Made by a program: the position numbers and the translations under genes. This document shows positions 1 to 8,208 of a stretch of 18,868 bases of DNA, piece after piece. The stretch's first letter is position 1; the number at the start of each line of letters is the position of its first letter. Below the pieces are notes generated by a model that had not been told where the DNA came from, made no database searches, and saw only the letters and a list, made by a program, of their open reading frames with translations. This DNA is from Candidatus Firestoneibacteriota bacterium (GTDB taxonomy: Bacteria > Oederibacteriota > D2-FULL-39-29 > JBBTED01): positions 1-18,868 of the forward strand of contig JBBTED010000148.1 of assembly GCA_038042445.1 (NCBI GenBank). The letters are read 5' to 3'.

Positions 1-1763
1 ATATCGGGTATTTCAAGCAACTTGCTAGTGATATAGCAATGCAACATATTATGTTGATTTCCTTGTGGTTGCAAATCTTTAACAAAAACTGCGATATACC
101 CTTTTGGTTTTAAATATTCTACCGATTTCGCTATAACTTTTTTTAGTGATTCCAAGAAACTTTCCCTATCCATATTACCCAAATCTGTTTCTTGATTAGT
201 AAATGGTGTTGCCATTGCAATGCCAATTTTCTTTTTTTTCTGTCCTGTTCGTTTTTTGCTTAACATCTCACCATAAGGCGGATCAGTAAGAATAAAATCA
301 ATTTTTGTATTTTCTTTGAGCAACTTATCAATTTTTAAAGAGTCGCCAACAATTGCTGTTTGTTCAGAAACATTAAGTTCCTTGCAAACTTTTTTGTATA
401 AATCAATATACTCTTTTGACAAATCAACGCCAATACCTTTTCGGTTAGATAGCGAACAAGCAATAAGTGTTCCGCCAACACCCATAAATGGGTCAAGAAC
501 GGTTTGGTCCTCTTTCGTGAAGAAATCAACAAATTTTTTCATCAATTGTGGTGGCTTCGGTGATGGGTGTTTACCTCGCAAATGGTGAGCAAAACCATCC
601 ACACCTCTTGTTGAGTAATGCGTTACTTCAACAGAATTTAGAAAGTAAATCCACTCCGAACCGCTCAAATCATTAAGCTTATTATTTTGATTTATGCTCT
701 TGAGATAATAAAGTTTTTCTTTTACTCCGTTTTTCTGATCGCCGTTACTATTGCTTTTGTATCTTTGATAATCCTGTTCTGCTACTTCTGTTTTTCCTGC
801 ATTATTAAATAATTTTGATATTTCTTTTTCCGGCATAATACCATCATCGTTGTAGCTTAAAATCAAATGCTTAAAATTCCCATTTTTAATAATTTCGCCA
901 AGTGCTTTTATGCCCGATTTTGAATTGCAAAATTCGGATTTCTGCTCTTCATACGCCCTCATTCCAGTAATGCCTTTAATTTCGGGTTTGTCCCATTTTG
1001 CAATAGTTTCTAAAATATGATAGTTAGGCGCATATTGTCGCTCATTGTAAGGCGGATCAAGATATAAAATATCGATAACTTTTATTTGGTCAAAAACATT
1101 TAGGCCATTGATATTAAACACTTTGTGAGTTTCGTCACTCTTAATAATTTCTGGCACTTCAAGTGTTAGTTTCTTAAACGCTCGCTTGTCCCATTCTTTA
1201 AGAAAAGCAGAATAAGTCCCGCTGATATTTGCGACAAATGGTACTGCTTCAATAAGAGCACCAAGCAAGAAAAAATACTCTTGTTCATTAAGTAAGTTTG
1301 ATTTTTCCCATTCTTCAATTTTCCCTCGTATTGCATCAATACGCTTGGCATTATCACCCATAAAGTATTTGCGGACATGAGTTTGCCCTTGTGTGCCTTC
1401 CGGCGAGTAGTTTTTATAAATAAATCCTTCAATCCCTTCTAAATTATTAAGATATTTAATTATTTCTTTTGCATTTTGACTATCACTGGTAAAAAGAGTT
1501 TCCTCAACAGGATTTATTTTAAAATGTTTTAATAATTTTGCGAATTCAGGATATTGATTTTGTTCAATATAAACTTTTTGCAAAACATAAGAAAAATATA
1601 AAATATCAGATGAAATAATTTTATAGCCAAGTTTTTTAAAATGTTTGCCAACGCTTCCTGTTCCGGCAAAAAGATCACAAAAAACATTACCTCTTATATC
1701 CTTTTCTTTGACAAAGGTTTCTATAAAACTCAACAAATTCTCTTTACACCCAATAAATCTCAT
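1..1763 (-). CDS. Fused two-domain amino DNA methyltransferase (N-terminal M.NlaIII/M.HpyI-like adenine MTase plus C-terminal N4/N6 MTase); 3' end beyond window
   Basis: Manual translation from ATG at 1763 (MRFIGCKENLL...) stays open to the window edge (~587 codons). Domain 1: DLFAGTGSVG (~1655-1676) and DILYLDPPYNERQY (Asp codon 1058-1056). Domain 2: HPSPKP, VLDPFMGVGGT (~474-494) and DFILTDPPY (Asp codon 284-282), all in one frame. Absent from the ORF track because there is no stop in the window. Confidence 0.9.
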   Translation of the reverse strand, partial: MRFIGCKENLLSFIETFVKEKDIRGNVFCDLFAGTGSVGKHFKKLGYKIISSDILYFSYVLQKVYIEQNQYPEFAKLLKHFKINPVEETLFTSDSQNAKEIIKYLNNLEGIEGFIYKNYSPEGTQGQTHVRKYFMGDNAKRIDAIRGKIEEWEKSNLLNEQEYFFLLGALIEAVPFVANISGTYSAFLKEWDKRAFKKLTLEVPEIIKSDETHKVFNINGLNVFDQIKVIDILYLDPPYNERQYAPNYHILETIAKWDKPEIKGITGMRAYEEQKSEFCNSKSGIKALGEIIKNGNFKHLILSYNDDGIMPEKEISKLFNNAGKTEVAEQDYQRYKSNSNGDQKNGVKEKLYYLKSINQNNKLNDLSGSEWIYFLNSVEVTHYSTRGVDGFAHHLRGKHPSPKPPQLMKKFVDFFTKEDQTVLDPFMGVGGTLIACSLSNRKGIGVDLSKEYIDLYKKVCKELNVSEQTAIVGDSLKIDKLLKENTKIDFILTDPPYGEMLSKKRTGQKKKKIGIAMATPFTNQETDLGNMDRESFLESLKKVIAKSVEYLKPKGYIAVFVKDLQPQGNQHNMLHCYITSKLLEIPD

Positions 1764-1830
1764 AATTATTTTATTAAATCATTATCGCTCAATCTCTAAT
1801 ACTTTGAAGATTTTGATTAGTATTTTTATA

Positions 1831-1859
1831 ATGATAACTAATTTAAAAAACTTTGTCTA
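1831..1859 (-). promoter_or_regulatory. Putative sigma-70 promoter for the methyltransferase
   Basis: Minus strand TAGACA (1859-1854), 17-nt spacer, TATCAT (1836-1831), about 70 nt upstream of the ATG. Confidence 0.5.
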
Positions 1860-1891
1860 TTTCTTTTTGACAGATTATTGCAGTAAAATTA

Positions 1892-1938
1892 AAATCCCCC
1901 TTCAATCCCCTTTTTAAAAGGGGGAAAGAGGGGGATTT
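1892..1938. repeat. C/G-tract palindromic repeat, family A, copy 1; may also terminate glnA
   Basis: AAATCCCCCTTCAATCCCCTTTTTAAAAGGGGGAAAGAGGGGGATTT; related copies at 5880-5929, 14598-14629, 18442-18480. Confidence 0.8.
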
Positions 1939-1966
1939 AATATAATAAATTTTTCAGGAATTACAA

Positions 1967-3454
1967 TTAAATATCAAAGTAAAGATAAAATTCATACGGA
2001 TGCGGTCTTAAACGTACGGCATCTATCTCTTTTTCACGTTTATATTCAATCCATACATCAATTACATCTTGTGTAAATACACCACCCTGCAAAAGAAATT
2101 TATAATCTTTTTCTAATGCACAAATAGACTCTTCTAATGAACCCGGCACAGTAGGAACTTTTTTTGCTTCAGCTTCACTTAACTCGTATATATTTGCATC
2201 TAATGGATCACCCGGATCAATTTTATTTTGTATTCCATCTAACCCAGCCATAAGCATTGCAGCAAAAGAAATATATGGATTACAGGAACAATCTGGTGGC
2301 CTAAACTCAATTCTTTTAGCTTTTGGATTATCTGTATAAACAGGAATACGAATAGAAGCAGAACGATTTCTCTGAGAATATGCAAGATTAACCGGAGCTT
2401 CATAGCCTGGCACTAATCTCTTGTATGAATTTGTAGTTGGAGCGCAAAAAGCCATAAGCGCATTTGCATGTTTCAAAAGCCCGCCTATGTAATATTTTGC
2501 AGTCTGTGAAAGTAATCCATAACCTTTTGGATCATAAAAAATATTCTTGCCATCTTTCCATAGAGACTGATGCGTATGCATACCTGAACCATTATCTCCA
2601 AATAACGGCTTTGGCATAAAAGTAGCTACCATATTGTTCTTTTTAGCAACATTTTTAACTATATATTTAAACATCAGGCATCTATCTGCCATTTTTACAA
2701 GAGTATCAAATTTCATATCGATTTCACACTGTCCTGCAGTTGCAACTTCATGATGATGCACTTCTACATTTATCCCTGCTTTCATCATTGTAAGAATAAT
2801 TTTACTTCTTAAATCCTGCAAAGAATCATGTGGAGCAACTGGAAAATACCCTTCTTTATATCTTGGTTTATATCCAAGATTTGGTTTTTCATCTCTTCCT
2901 GAATTCCATTCACCTTCATCTGAATCAATAAAATAATATCCTGAGTTTTCTGTCTGGTCAAAACGAATATCATTAAAAAGGAAAAATTCTAATTCAGGTC
3001 CCCAGCAACTTTTATCTGCAATTCCTGTGCTTCTTACATATTCTGCTGCTTTTTTTGCTACATAACGTGGATCTCTGGTATAGGGTTTTCTAGTTATTGG
3101 ATCGTATATGTCACATACAATACTTAAAGTCGGAATTTCACATATAGGATCTAAAACTGCAGTTGTTGGATCTAATTGTAAAACCATATCTGATTCATGG
3201 ATTTTCTGAAATCCTCGAATTGACGAACCATCAAAACCAATACCTTCAGCCCATATAGATTTAATTGGATCATCTATTTCTGATAATTCTGCAACAGGAA
3301 TAGAAAAATGCTGCCACATACCCGGCAAATCATTGAATTTAAAATCCACAATCTGGATATTGTGTTCTTTAATCAATTGATTTACTTTCTGAATTGCCTT
3401 TTCATCAATATTGTCTTTATATTTACTAACTAATTTTACTCCCGGTTTTGCCAT
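1967..3454 (-). CDS. glnA: Glutamine synthetase type I (GSI-beta-like)
   Basis: [70 protein letters not shown]; beta-type insert ([10 protein letters not shown]...EGYFPV); adenylylation-site-like NIYEL; RBS AAGGAGG at 3467-3461. Confidence 0.98.
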   Translation of the reverse strand: MAKPGVKLVSKYKDNIDEKAIQKVNQLIKEHNIQIVDFKFNDLPGMWQHFSIPVAELSEIDDPIKSIWAEGIGFDGSSIRGFQKIHESDMVLQLDPTTAVLDPICEIPTLSIVCDIYDPITRKPYTRDPRYVAKKAAEYVRSTGIADKSCWGPELEFFLFNDIRFDQTENSGYYFIDSDEGEWNSGRDEKPNLGYKPRYKEGYFPVAPHDSLQDLRSKIILTMMKAGINVEVHHHEVATAGQCEIDMKFDTLVKMADRCLMFKYIVKNVAKKNNMVATFMPKPLFGDNGSGMHTHQSLWKDGKNIFYDPKGYGLLSQTAKYYIGGLLKHANALMAFCAPTTNSYKRLVPGYEAPVNLAYSQRNRSASIRIPVYTDNPKAKRIEFRPPDCSCNPYISFAAMLMAGLDGIQNKIDPGDPLDANIYELSEAEAKKVPTVPGSLEESICALEKDYKFLLQGGVFTQDVIDVWIEYKREKEIDAVRLRPHPYEFYLYFDI

Positions 3455-3528
3455 TTTAATCCTCCTTTTTAAAACTCCCCTTTAATAACAAACTGTATTA
3501 AAATTGTTTTTTCAATTTCTTTTCTATG

Positions 3529-3598
3529 TGGTAGTCGCAAGCTTTAGCTTGCGGTATTTTTTTACCATTTTTTCGCAGGCTAAAGCCTGCGACTACCA
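3529..3598. repeat. GTAG-type REP doublet (REPIN-like), family B, copy 1
   Basis: TGGTAGTCGCAAGCTTTAGCTTGCG ... CGCAGGCTAAAGCCTGCGACTACCA: two inverted GTAG-plus-palindrome units; near-identical copy at 8812-8869. Confidence 0.85.
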
Positions 3599-3631
3599 TT
3601 ATAATACAATCTCTAAAAGGGGAATTTGTTT

Positions 3632-3973
3632 TTACCCGATTGCAACGCTTCCGTGTTCACCTGTGCGAATACGCACACAATCTTCTAAATTCAAAACAAA
3701 AATCTTTCCGTCTCCTGTTTCTCCTGTTTTTGCGCCTTTTGTAATCGCTTTAACTGTCCTCTCTACAAAACTATCATTAACTGCAATTTCTAATCTAATC
3801 TTTCGCAATAAATTGCCTGTTTCTTTTGCGCCACGATATACTTCTGTAACACCCTTTTGCCTGCCATGTCCAAGCACTTCACTTACTGTTATAAGATTAA
3901 TTTCCTCTTTATACAGTTCGGTTTTCACCTCCTCTAATCTATGTGGCTGAATAATAGCAATAATAAGTTTCAT
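3632..3973 (-). CDS. glnK: PII nitrogen regulatory protein (T-loop lacks Tyr51)
   Basis: 113 aa; GHGRQKG, YRG, TGETGDGKIFV, RIRTGE; directly downstream of amtB. Confidence 0.95.
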   Translation of the reverse strand: MKLIIAIIQPHRLEEVKTELYKEEINLITVSEVLGHGRQKGVTEVYRGAKETGNLLRKIRLEIAVNDSFVERTVKAITKGAKTGETGDGKIFVLNLEDCVRIRTGEHGSVAIG

Positions 3974-3992
3974 AATTTTTTTAATTACCCTC

Positions 3993-5222
3993 CTATTCTA
4001 AAATAGTATATGCACTTTCATGATGTTGTGTAAGGTCAAGTCCCATAATTTCATCTTTTTCATTAACCCGAATTCCAACAAACAAATCAACTAATTTATA
4101 TATTATAAAAGTAACTATAAAAGAATATCCCACAGTTACTAAAACTGCTATTAGCTGAATGATAAATTGTTTGGGATTACCAAAAAATAAACCATCTGCT
4201 CCAGCAGGATTTACAACCTTGGAAGCAAATAAACCAGTAGCTAAAACTCCCCAAATTCCTCCTATGCAATGAACTCCAAAAGCATCTAATGAATCATCAT
4301 AACCAAATTTAGGCTTAATTATACTTACTGCAATAAAACAAAAAATACTTACTAATGAACCAATTAATATCGCAGATAGGACATTTACAAATCCTGCAGC
4401 TGGTGTAATAGCCGCTAAACCTGCTATAGCTCCAGTCACAACTCCAAATACTGTAGGTGTTCCATTTATTTTCCATTCCAACAATGCCCAACTTAAACCT
4501 GCTGCTGCACCTGCAGTATTCGTCACAACAAATGCACTAACTGCTAAGCTATTAGCTGCTAATGCACTGCCTGCATTAAAACCAAACCAGCCAAACCATA
4601 AAAGTCCAGCTCCTAAAACTGTAAAAGGCAAGTTATGCGGCGGAATAGGTTTGTCATCATAATGTTTTCTTCTACCAATCAATAAAGCAACAACTAATGC
4701 CGCTATTCCAGCACTAATATGCACAACTATTCCACCTGCAAAATCAAGTGCACCTAAATTTCTAAGCCATCCACCAATACCCCATACCCAATGCGCAACA
4801 GGATCATATACAAGAGTAGTCCACAAAATAGTAAATATCAAAAATGCAGAAAATTTCATTCTTTCAGCAAAAGCACCTATAATCAAAGCTGGTGTAATTA
4901 TTGCAAACATTGCCTGAAAAATCATAAATGCCTGATGTGGTATAGTTGCAGCATAATCAGCATAAGGCTCGAATCCTACGCCTTTTAAAGCAAACCAGCT
5001 TAAATTACCAATAAAACCCCCATTTGGAGAAAACGAAAGACTGTAGCCGAATAACACCCATTGCAAACTCAAAACGCACAAAGCAATGAAACATTGCATT
5101 AAAATTCCCAATACATTTTTTCGTCTAACCATTCCACCATAGAAAAATGCCAAACCTGGAGTCATCAACATTACTAATCCCGCAGAAATCAAAACAAATG
5201 CCGTATCACCTGAATTTACCAT
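3993..5222 (-). CDS. amtB: Ammonium transporter AmtB
   Basis: LMTPGLAFFYGG, FQAMFA, AERMKF, HWVWG, DFAGGIVVH, WFGWFGFNAGS, DDSLDAFGVH (twin-His conserved), GLDLTQH. Confidence 0.97.
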   Translation of the reverse strand: MVNSGDTAFVLISAGLVMLMTPGLAFFYGGMVRRKNVLGILMQCFIALCVLSLQWVLFGYSLSFSPNGGFIGNLSWFALKGVGFEPYADYAATIPHQAFMIFQAMFAIITPALIIGAFAERMKFSAFLIFTILWTTLVYDPVAHWVWGIGGWLRNLGALDFAGGIVVHISAGIAALVVALLIGRRKHYDDKPIPPHNLPFTVLGAGLLWFGWFGFNAGSALAANSLAVSAFVVTNTAGAAAGLSWALLEWKINGTPTVFGVVTGAIAGLAAITPAAGFVNVLSAILIGSLVSIFCFIAVSIIKPKFGYDDSLDAFGVHCIGGIWGVLATGLFASKVVNPAGADGLFFGNPKQFIIQLIAVLVTVGYSFIVTFIIYKLVDLFVGIRVNEKDEIMGLDLTQHHESAYTILE

Positions 5223-5255
5223 ATACCCCCGTCTCCTTATCCTTAAATCTGATTC

Positions 5256-5299
5256 AAATAAAAAAGGCGTCCTTTACCATTTACGGTAAAGACGCCTTT
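5256..5299 (-). terminator. Leader attenuator terminator upstream of amtB
   Basis: Minus strand AAAGGCGTCTTTACC-GTAAAT-GGTAAAGGACGCCTTT running into TTTTTTATTT, about 35 nt before the amtB start. Confidence 0.85.
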
Positions 5300-5362
5300 G
5301 TCTTAAACTAGTATTTTCTTGCTAAACTTTACTATTTTGTTATGGCATACGTCAATGTAGCC
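5289..5362 (-). promoter_or_regulatory. ANTAR-type tandem hexaloop hairpins in the amtB leader
   Basis: P1 TAC-ATTGAC-GTA (5359-5348) and P2 AAGAC-AAAGGC-GTCTT (5304-5289); both loops have A1/G4 and C-G closing pairs; P2 overlaps the 5' arm of the terminator. Confidence 0.7.
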
Positions 5363-5372
5363 TTACAATAAA

Positions 5373-5402
5373 TACAAGTAAAAATCCATCAATTTTGGTA
5401 AC
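5373..5402 (-). promoter_or_regulatory. Putative alternative-sigma promoter, copy 2 (GTTACC-N17-ACTTGTA)
   Basis: GTTACC 5402-5397 and ACTTGTA 5379-5373; same boxes and spacer length as 8238-8209 while the spacer centre differs. Confidence 0.6.
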
Positions 5403-5424
5403 CTGTATTTTATAATTTTTTAAC

Positions 5425-5516
5425 TATGGTCTGTCTTATTCCACCAGACTATAATTTTTTAATTATGGTCTGTGACCAAAGGGAATGGTAAAACCATCTT
5501 CTTCCACCAGACCATA
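5425..5516. repeat. Two tandem TATGGTCTG...CAGAC(C/T)ATA hairpin repeats, family D
   Basis: 5425-5453 and 5464-5516, both with TTCCAC before the right arm; third copy at 8261-8289. Confidence 0.75.
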
Positions 5517-5522
5517 GTTTTT

Positions 5523-5861
5523 TCATAAAACCTCATCCCCTTTTGCCCCTGTTCGTATCCGTATTGCATCATCAATAGTAGAAATAAATATTTTGCCATC
5601 TCCTATTTCACCGGTTTTGGCACCCTCAATTATAGTCTTTATAACAAGTTCAACATCGCTATCTTTTACAATAGCTTCTATTTTTATTTTTGGCAAAAGC
5701 TCTACTCTGTATTTTTCACCACGCCATTGCTGAACTATTCCTCTTTGTTTCCCCTGCCCTTCAATTTCAGTAACCATTAAACCCCCATGCCCAAGTTTTT
5801 CTAATGCCCGATGCACCTGTTCAAGTTTTTCAGGCCTAATTATTGCTTCTATTTTTTTCAT
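5523..5861 (-). CDS. glnK: PII nitrogen regulatory protein (Tyr51 retained)
   Basis: 112 aa; MKKIEAIIRP, GQGKQRG, WRGEKYRVELLPK, TGEIGDGKIF, RIRTG; downstream of amt. Confidence 0.95.
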   Translation of the reverse strand: MKKIEAIIRPEKLEQVHRALEKLGHGGLMVTEIEGQGKQRGIVQQWRGEKYRVELLPKIKIEAIVKDSDVELVIKTIIEGAKTGEIGDGKIFISTIDDAIRIRTGAKGDEVL

Positions 5862-5879
5862 ATCATTTCACCCCTTTTT

Positions 5880-5929
5880 AAATCCCCCTTAATCCCCCTT
5901 TTTCAAAGGGGGAAATAGGATGGGGATTT
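5880..5929. repeat. C/G-tract palindromic repeat, family A, copy 2
   Basis: AAATCCCCCTTAATCCCCCTTTTTCAAAGGGGGAAATAGGATGGGGATTT between amt and glnK. Confidence 0.8.
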
Positions 5930-5930
5930 T

Positions 5931-7256
5931 TTACTTCTCTATTATTTTCATAAAAGAATAACTTGGCTTACGAGACAAAAATTCAGGATACGCAGTATTT
6001 CCATGTTCACCAATGTCTAAACCTTCTATTTCTTCATGGAGACTAACTCGTAAACCCACAACAGCTTTTATTATTCCCCATATCACCAACGATCCAACAA
6101 AAGTAAATACTGCTACACCTGCAATACCTGTTAATTGAGCAAAAAGTAGTTTCGTTCCACCACCAAAAAATAATCCATTACCAGTAACTGTTCCTGTTAT
6201 ACCATCTTGTGCAAACAAACCAACACATAGAGTTCCAAACACACCATTTACAAGATGAACTGATAAAGCACCAACAGGATCATCTAATTTTAATCTGTCA
6301 AACATCATAACAGCTAAAACTACAAAAATTCCGGCTAATAAACCGATAACAATTGAACTTCCTACACTTACATAAGCGCATGAAGCTGTTATTGCCACAA
6401 GTCCTGCAAGACAACCATTTAAAGTCATACCTAAATCTGGTTTACCCAATAATATCCATGAAAGAATTGTTGAACTTAACACTGCCATTATTGCAGCAGT
6501 ATTTGTTGTTACTACAACATGTGAAATTGCATTTGGATCAGCAGCCATTGTGGAACCCGGGTTAAATCCAAACCACCCAAGCCATAATACAAAAGTACCA
6601 ATAGTAGCTATAGTAAGATTATGACCTGGAATAGGATTTATATTTCCATTATCGCCGTATTTTCCAAACCTAGGCCCTAATACTAAAATTCCAGCCAAAG
6701 CAGCCCATCCCCCAACTGAATGAACAACAGTAGAACCTGCAAAATCAAACATACCAAGTTTTGCAAGCCATCCACCACCCCATATCCAATGTCCAATAAC
6801 AGGATAAATAAACATTGCCATTACAAATGTAAACAGGATAAATGATTTATATTTTATCCTTTCTGCTACTGCACCAGATACAATCGTAGCTGCAGTTCCA
6901 CAAAACACAAGCTGGAAGAAAAATTTTGCTAACAGTGGAACACCTGTCCAATTTATTGCTGAATAAACACCCTGATAATTTGCACCTGTTGCAGGAGAAT
7001 TATCAGCTCCGCTCAAGAAAAATAATCCATTTAAACCTAAAAACCCATTTCCATCTCCAAACATCAAACCCCATCCCAGAGCCAAAAATCCAAATGATGA
7101 AATTGCAAATACTATAAAATTCTTTGAAAGAATATTCACACAGTTTTTCGCCCTTGCAAATCCTGCTTCAACCATAGCAAACCCCAAATTCATAAAAAAC
7201 ACAAGCATTGCAGTAATTAAAACCCAAAGTGTATCTAAAGCAATTTTATAATCCAT
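5931..7256 (-). CDS. amt: Ammonium transporter (Amt family, different subtype from the 409-aa AmtB)
   Basis: LVFFMNLGFAMVEAG, FFFQLVFCGTAATIVSGAVAER, HWIWGGGWL, DFAGSTVVH, WLGWFGFNPGS, DDPVGALSVH, GLDIGEHG. Confidence 0.97.
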   Translation of the reverse strand: MDYKIALDTLWVLITAMLVFFMNLGFAMVEAGFARAKNCVNILSKNFIVFAISSFGFLALGWGLMFGDGNGFLGLNGLFFLSGADNSPATGANYQGVYSAINWTGVPLLAKFFFQLVFCGTAATIVSGAVAERIKYKSFILFTFVMAMFIYPVIGHWIWGGGWLAKLGMFDFAGSTVVHSVGGWAALAGILVLGPRFGKYGDNGNINPIPGHNLTIATIGTFVLWLGWFGFNPGSTMAADPNAISHVVVTTNTAAIMAVLSSTILSWILLGKPDLGMTLNGCLAGLVAITASCAYVSVGSSIVIGLLAGIFVVLAVMMFDRLKLDDPVGALSVHLVNGVFGTLCVGLFAQDGITGTVTGNGLFFGGGTKLLFAQLTGIAGVAVFTFVGSLVIWGIIKAVVGLRVSLHEEIEGLDIGEHGNTAYPEFLSRKPSYSFMKIIEK

Positions 7257-7271
7257 TTCCCCTCACCTCCC

Positions 7272-8012
7272 TCAGAGATTTATATCTAACTGACTTGTCC
7301 ATTTCATATCACCATTTATACCAGAATCATTAAACCATACAGGTCCAACCAGCAAGGAAATATTGTTTGTAAAAAAGAAATATACTCCTATTCCACCACC
7401 ACCAAGTGCATTTTTTCCTGCAGCATAATCACCTGCAAACAGAATTTTATCTTCGTAAATATATTTATCGTATCCCACCATAAAACCTTTATTGTCAACA
7501 TTACCACTACTGTCTTTTAATGTATTACTTCCTGCATAGTATCCCAAATGAACTCTTCCTAAACTAAATGGCAATGTTTTACCAACAATAAAATCAAAAA
7601 TATTGTAATCAGTAACACCAGATTTTGTGCCCACATTAAATATACCGATATTCAAAGCAGGTGAATCTGCAAAAAATATATTTTCTGGTGTTCCGATTTT
7701 AGCATTAAAATACAATGGGTCATCACTTGGTTCCATTAAATCCACACCAACTTCCATTTTCACTTCATCATAAGGAAAAACACCAATCGTAAGACCAAAA
7801 TCCGTTGGAAAATCCTGACCACCTAAAGTTAAACTTTTTTTACCTATTGTAGTGTAATTATCAACACCAATATGCAAAACGCCATAAGACTGAATATCAA
7901 AAACACAAGGACTCCAGTATGTTGTTGACGGTGTCCCAAAAACAAAACCCACAGGCACAACTACAAACACAAATAACGCAAAAACTAAACTCAATATCTT
8001 TTGTCTATGCAT
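7272..8012 (-). CDS. Exported protein, probable outer-membrane beta-barrel of unknown family
   Basis: N-terminal signal peptide (MHRQK plus hydrophobic stretch); Gly/aromatic-rich alternating segments; C-terminal WTSQLDINL resembles a final barrel strand; strong RBS AGGAGGAGG. Confidence 0.7.
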   Translation of the reverse strand: MHRQKILSLVFALFVFVVVPVGFVFGTPSTTYWSPCVFDIQSYGVLHIGVDNYTTIGKKSLTLGGQDFPTDFGLTIGVFPYDEVKMEVGVDLMEPSDDPLYFNAKIGTPENIFFADSPALNIGIFNVGTKSGVTDYNIFDFIVGKTLPFSLGRVHLGYYAGSNTLKDSSGNVDNKGFMVGYDKYIYEDKILFAGDYAAGKNALGGGGIGVYFFFTNNISLLVGPVWFNDSGINGDMKWTSQLDINL

Positions 8013-8033
8013 CTTTATTCCCTCCTCCTACTT

Positions 8034-8060
8034 TGTCATGCTGAATTTATTTCAGCATCT
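8034..8060. repeat. TGTC-type palindromic REP-like unit (single)
   Basis: TGTC-ATGCTGAA-TTTAT-TTCAGCAT-CT; starts with TGTCAT like the units at 17503-17604. Confidence 0.55.
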
Positions 8061-8066
8061 CTTTAC

Positions 8067-8127
8067 AAATAAAAAAAGCGTTCTTCACCCAACGAAGTTT
8101 CGCCCAACTCTGGGTAAAAACGCCTTT
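8067..8127 (-). terminator. Second leader attenuator terminator upstream of the barrel-amt-glnK unit
   Basis: Minus strand AAAGGCGTTTTTACCCA...TGGGTGAAGAACGCTTT running into TTTTTTATTT; overlapped by hairpin GAC-AAAGGC-GTT (8130-8119). Confidence 0.75.
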
Positions 8128-8198
8128 GTCTAAAAAACTCTTAAAATAAAAAAGGCGTTCTTTTTAAGAACGCCTATGTTTTGCTACACATCAATGTG
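8119..8198 (-). promoter_or_regulatory. ANTAR-type hexaloop hairpins (three) in the leader
   Basis: CAC-ATTGAT-GTG (8198-8187), AAC-ATAGGC-GTT (8180-8169, 6-nt linker), GAC-AAAGGC-GTT (8130-8119); all A1/G4 loops; the second and third overlap terminator 5' arms. Confidence 0.75.
8143..8175 (-). terminator. First leader attenuator terminator (also ends the nadE-sigma transcript)
   Basis: Perfect stem AGGCGTTCTT-AAA-AAGAACGCCT followed by TTTTTATTTT. Confidence 0.85.
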
Positions 8199-8208
8199 CT
8201 TCTATATA

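Noticed and set aside
316..1917. Short ORFs 316-588, 335-532, 1166-1432, 1645-1917
   Set aside because: All overlap the long methyltransferase frame, in other frames or on the opposite strand
3455..3631. Glutamine (glnA) riboswitch or sigma-54, GlnR/TnrA, NtcA, NrpR sites upstream of glnA
   Set aside because: No convincing match by eye; the structure is explained by the REP doublet and outer stem. An Rfam scan would be needed to exclude a riboswitch formally
3504..3950. 148-aa plus-strand ORF
   Set aside because: Antisense to glnK and runs through a REP doublet; no recognisable domain
5343..5360. TGGCAT as a sigma-54 -24 box
   Set aside because: Wrong strand for amtB and no TTGC at -12; it is part of the P1 hairpin
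5425..5516. CRISPR-like or integron attC array
   Set aside because: Only two adjacent units of unequal length, no regular repeat-spacer period, no cas or integrase gene
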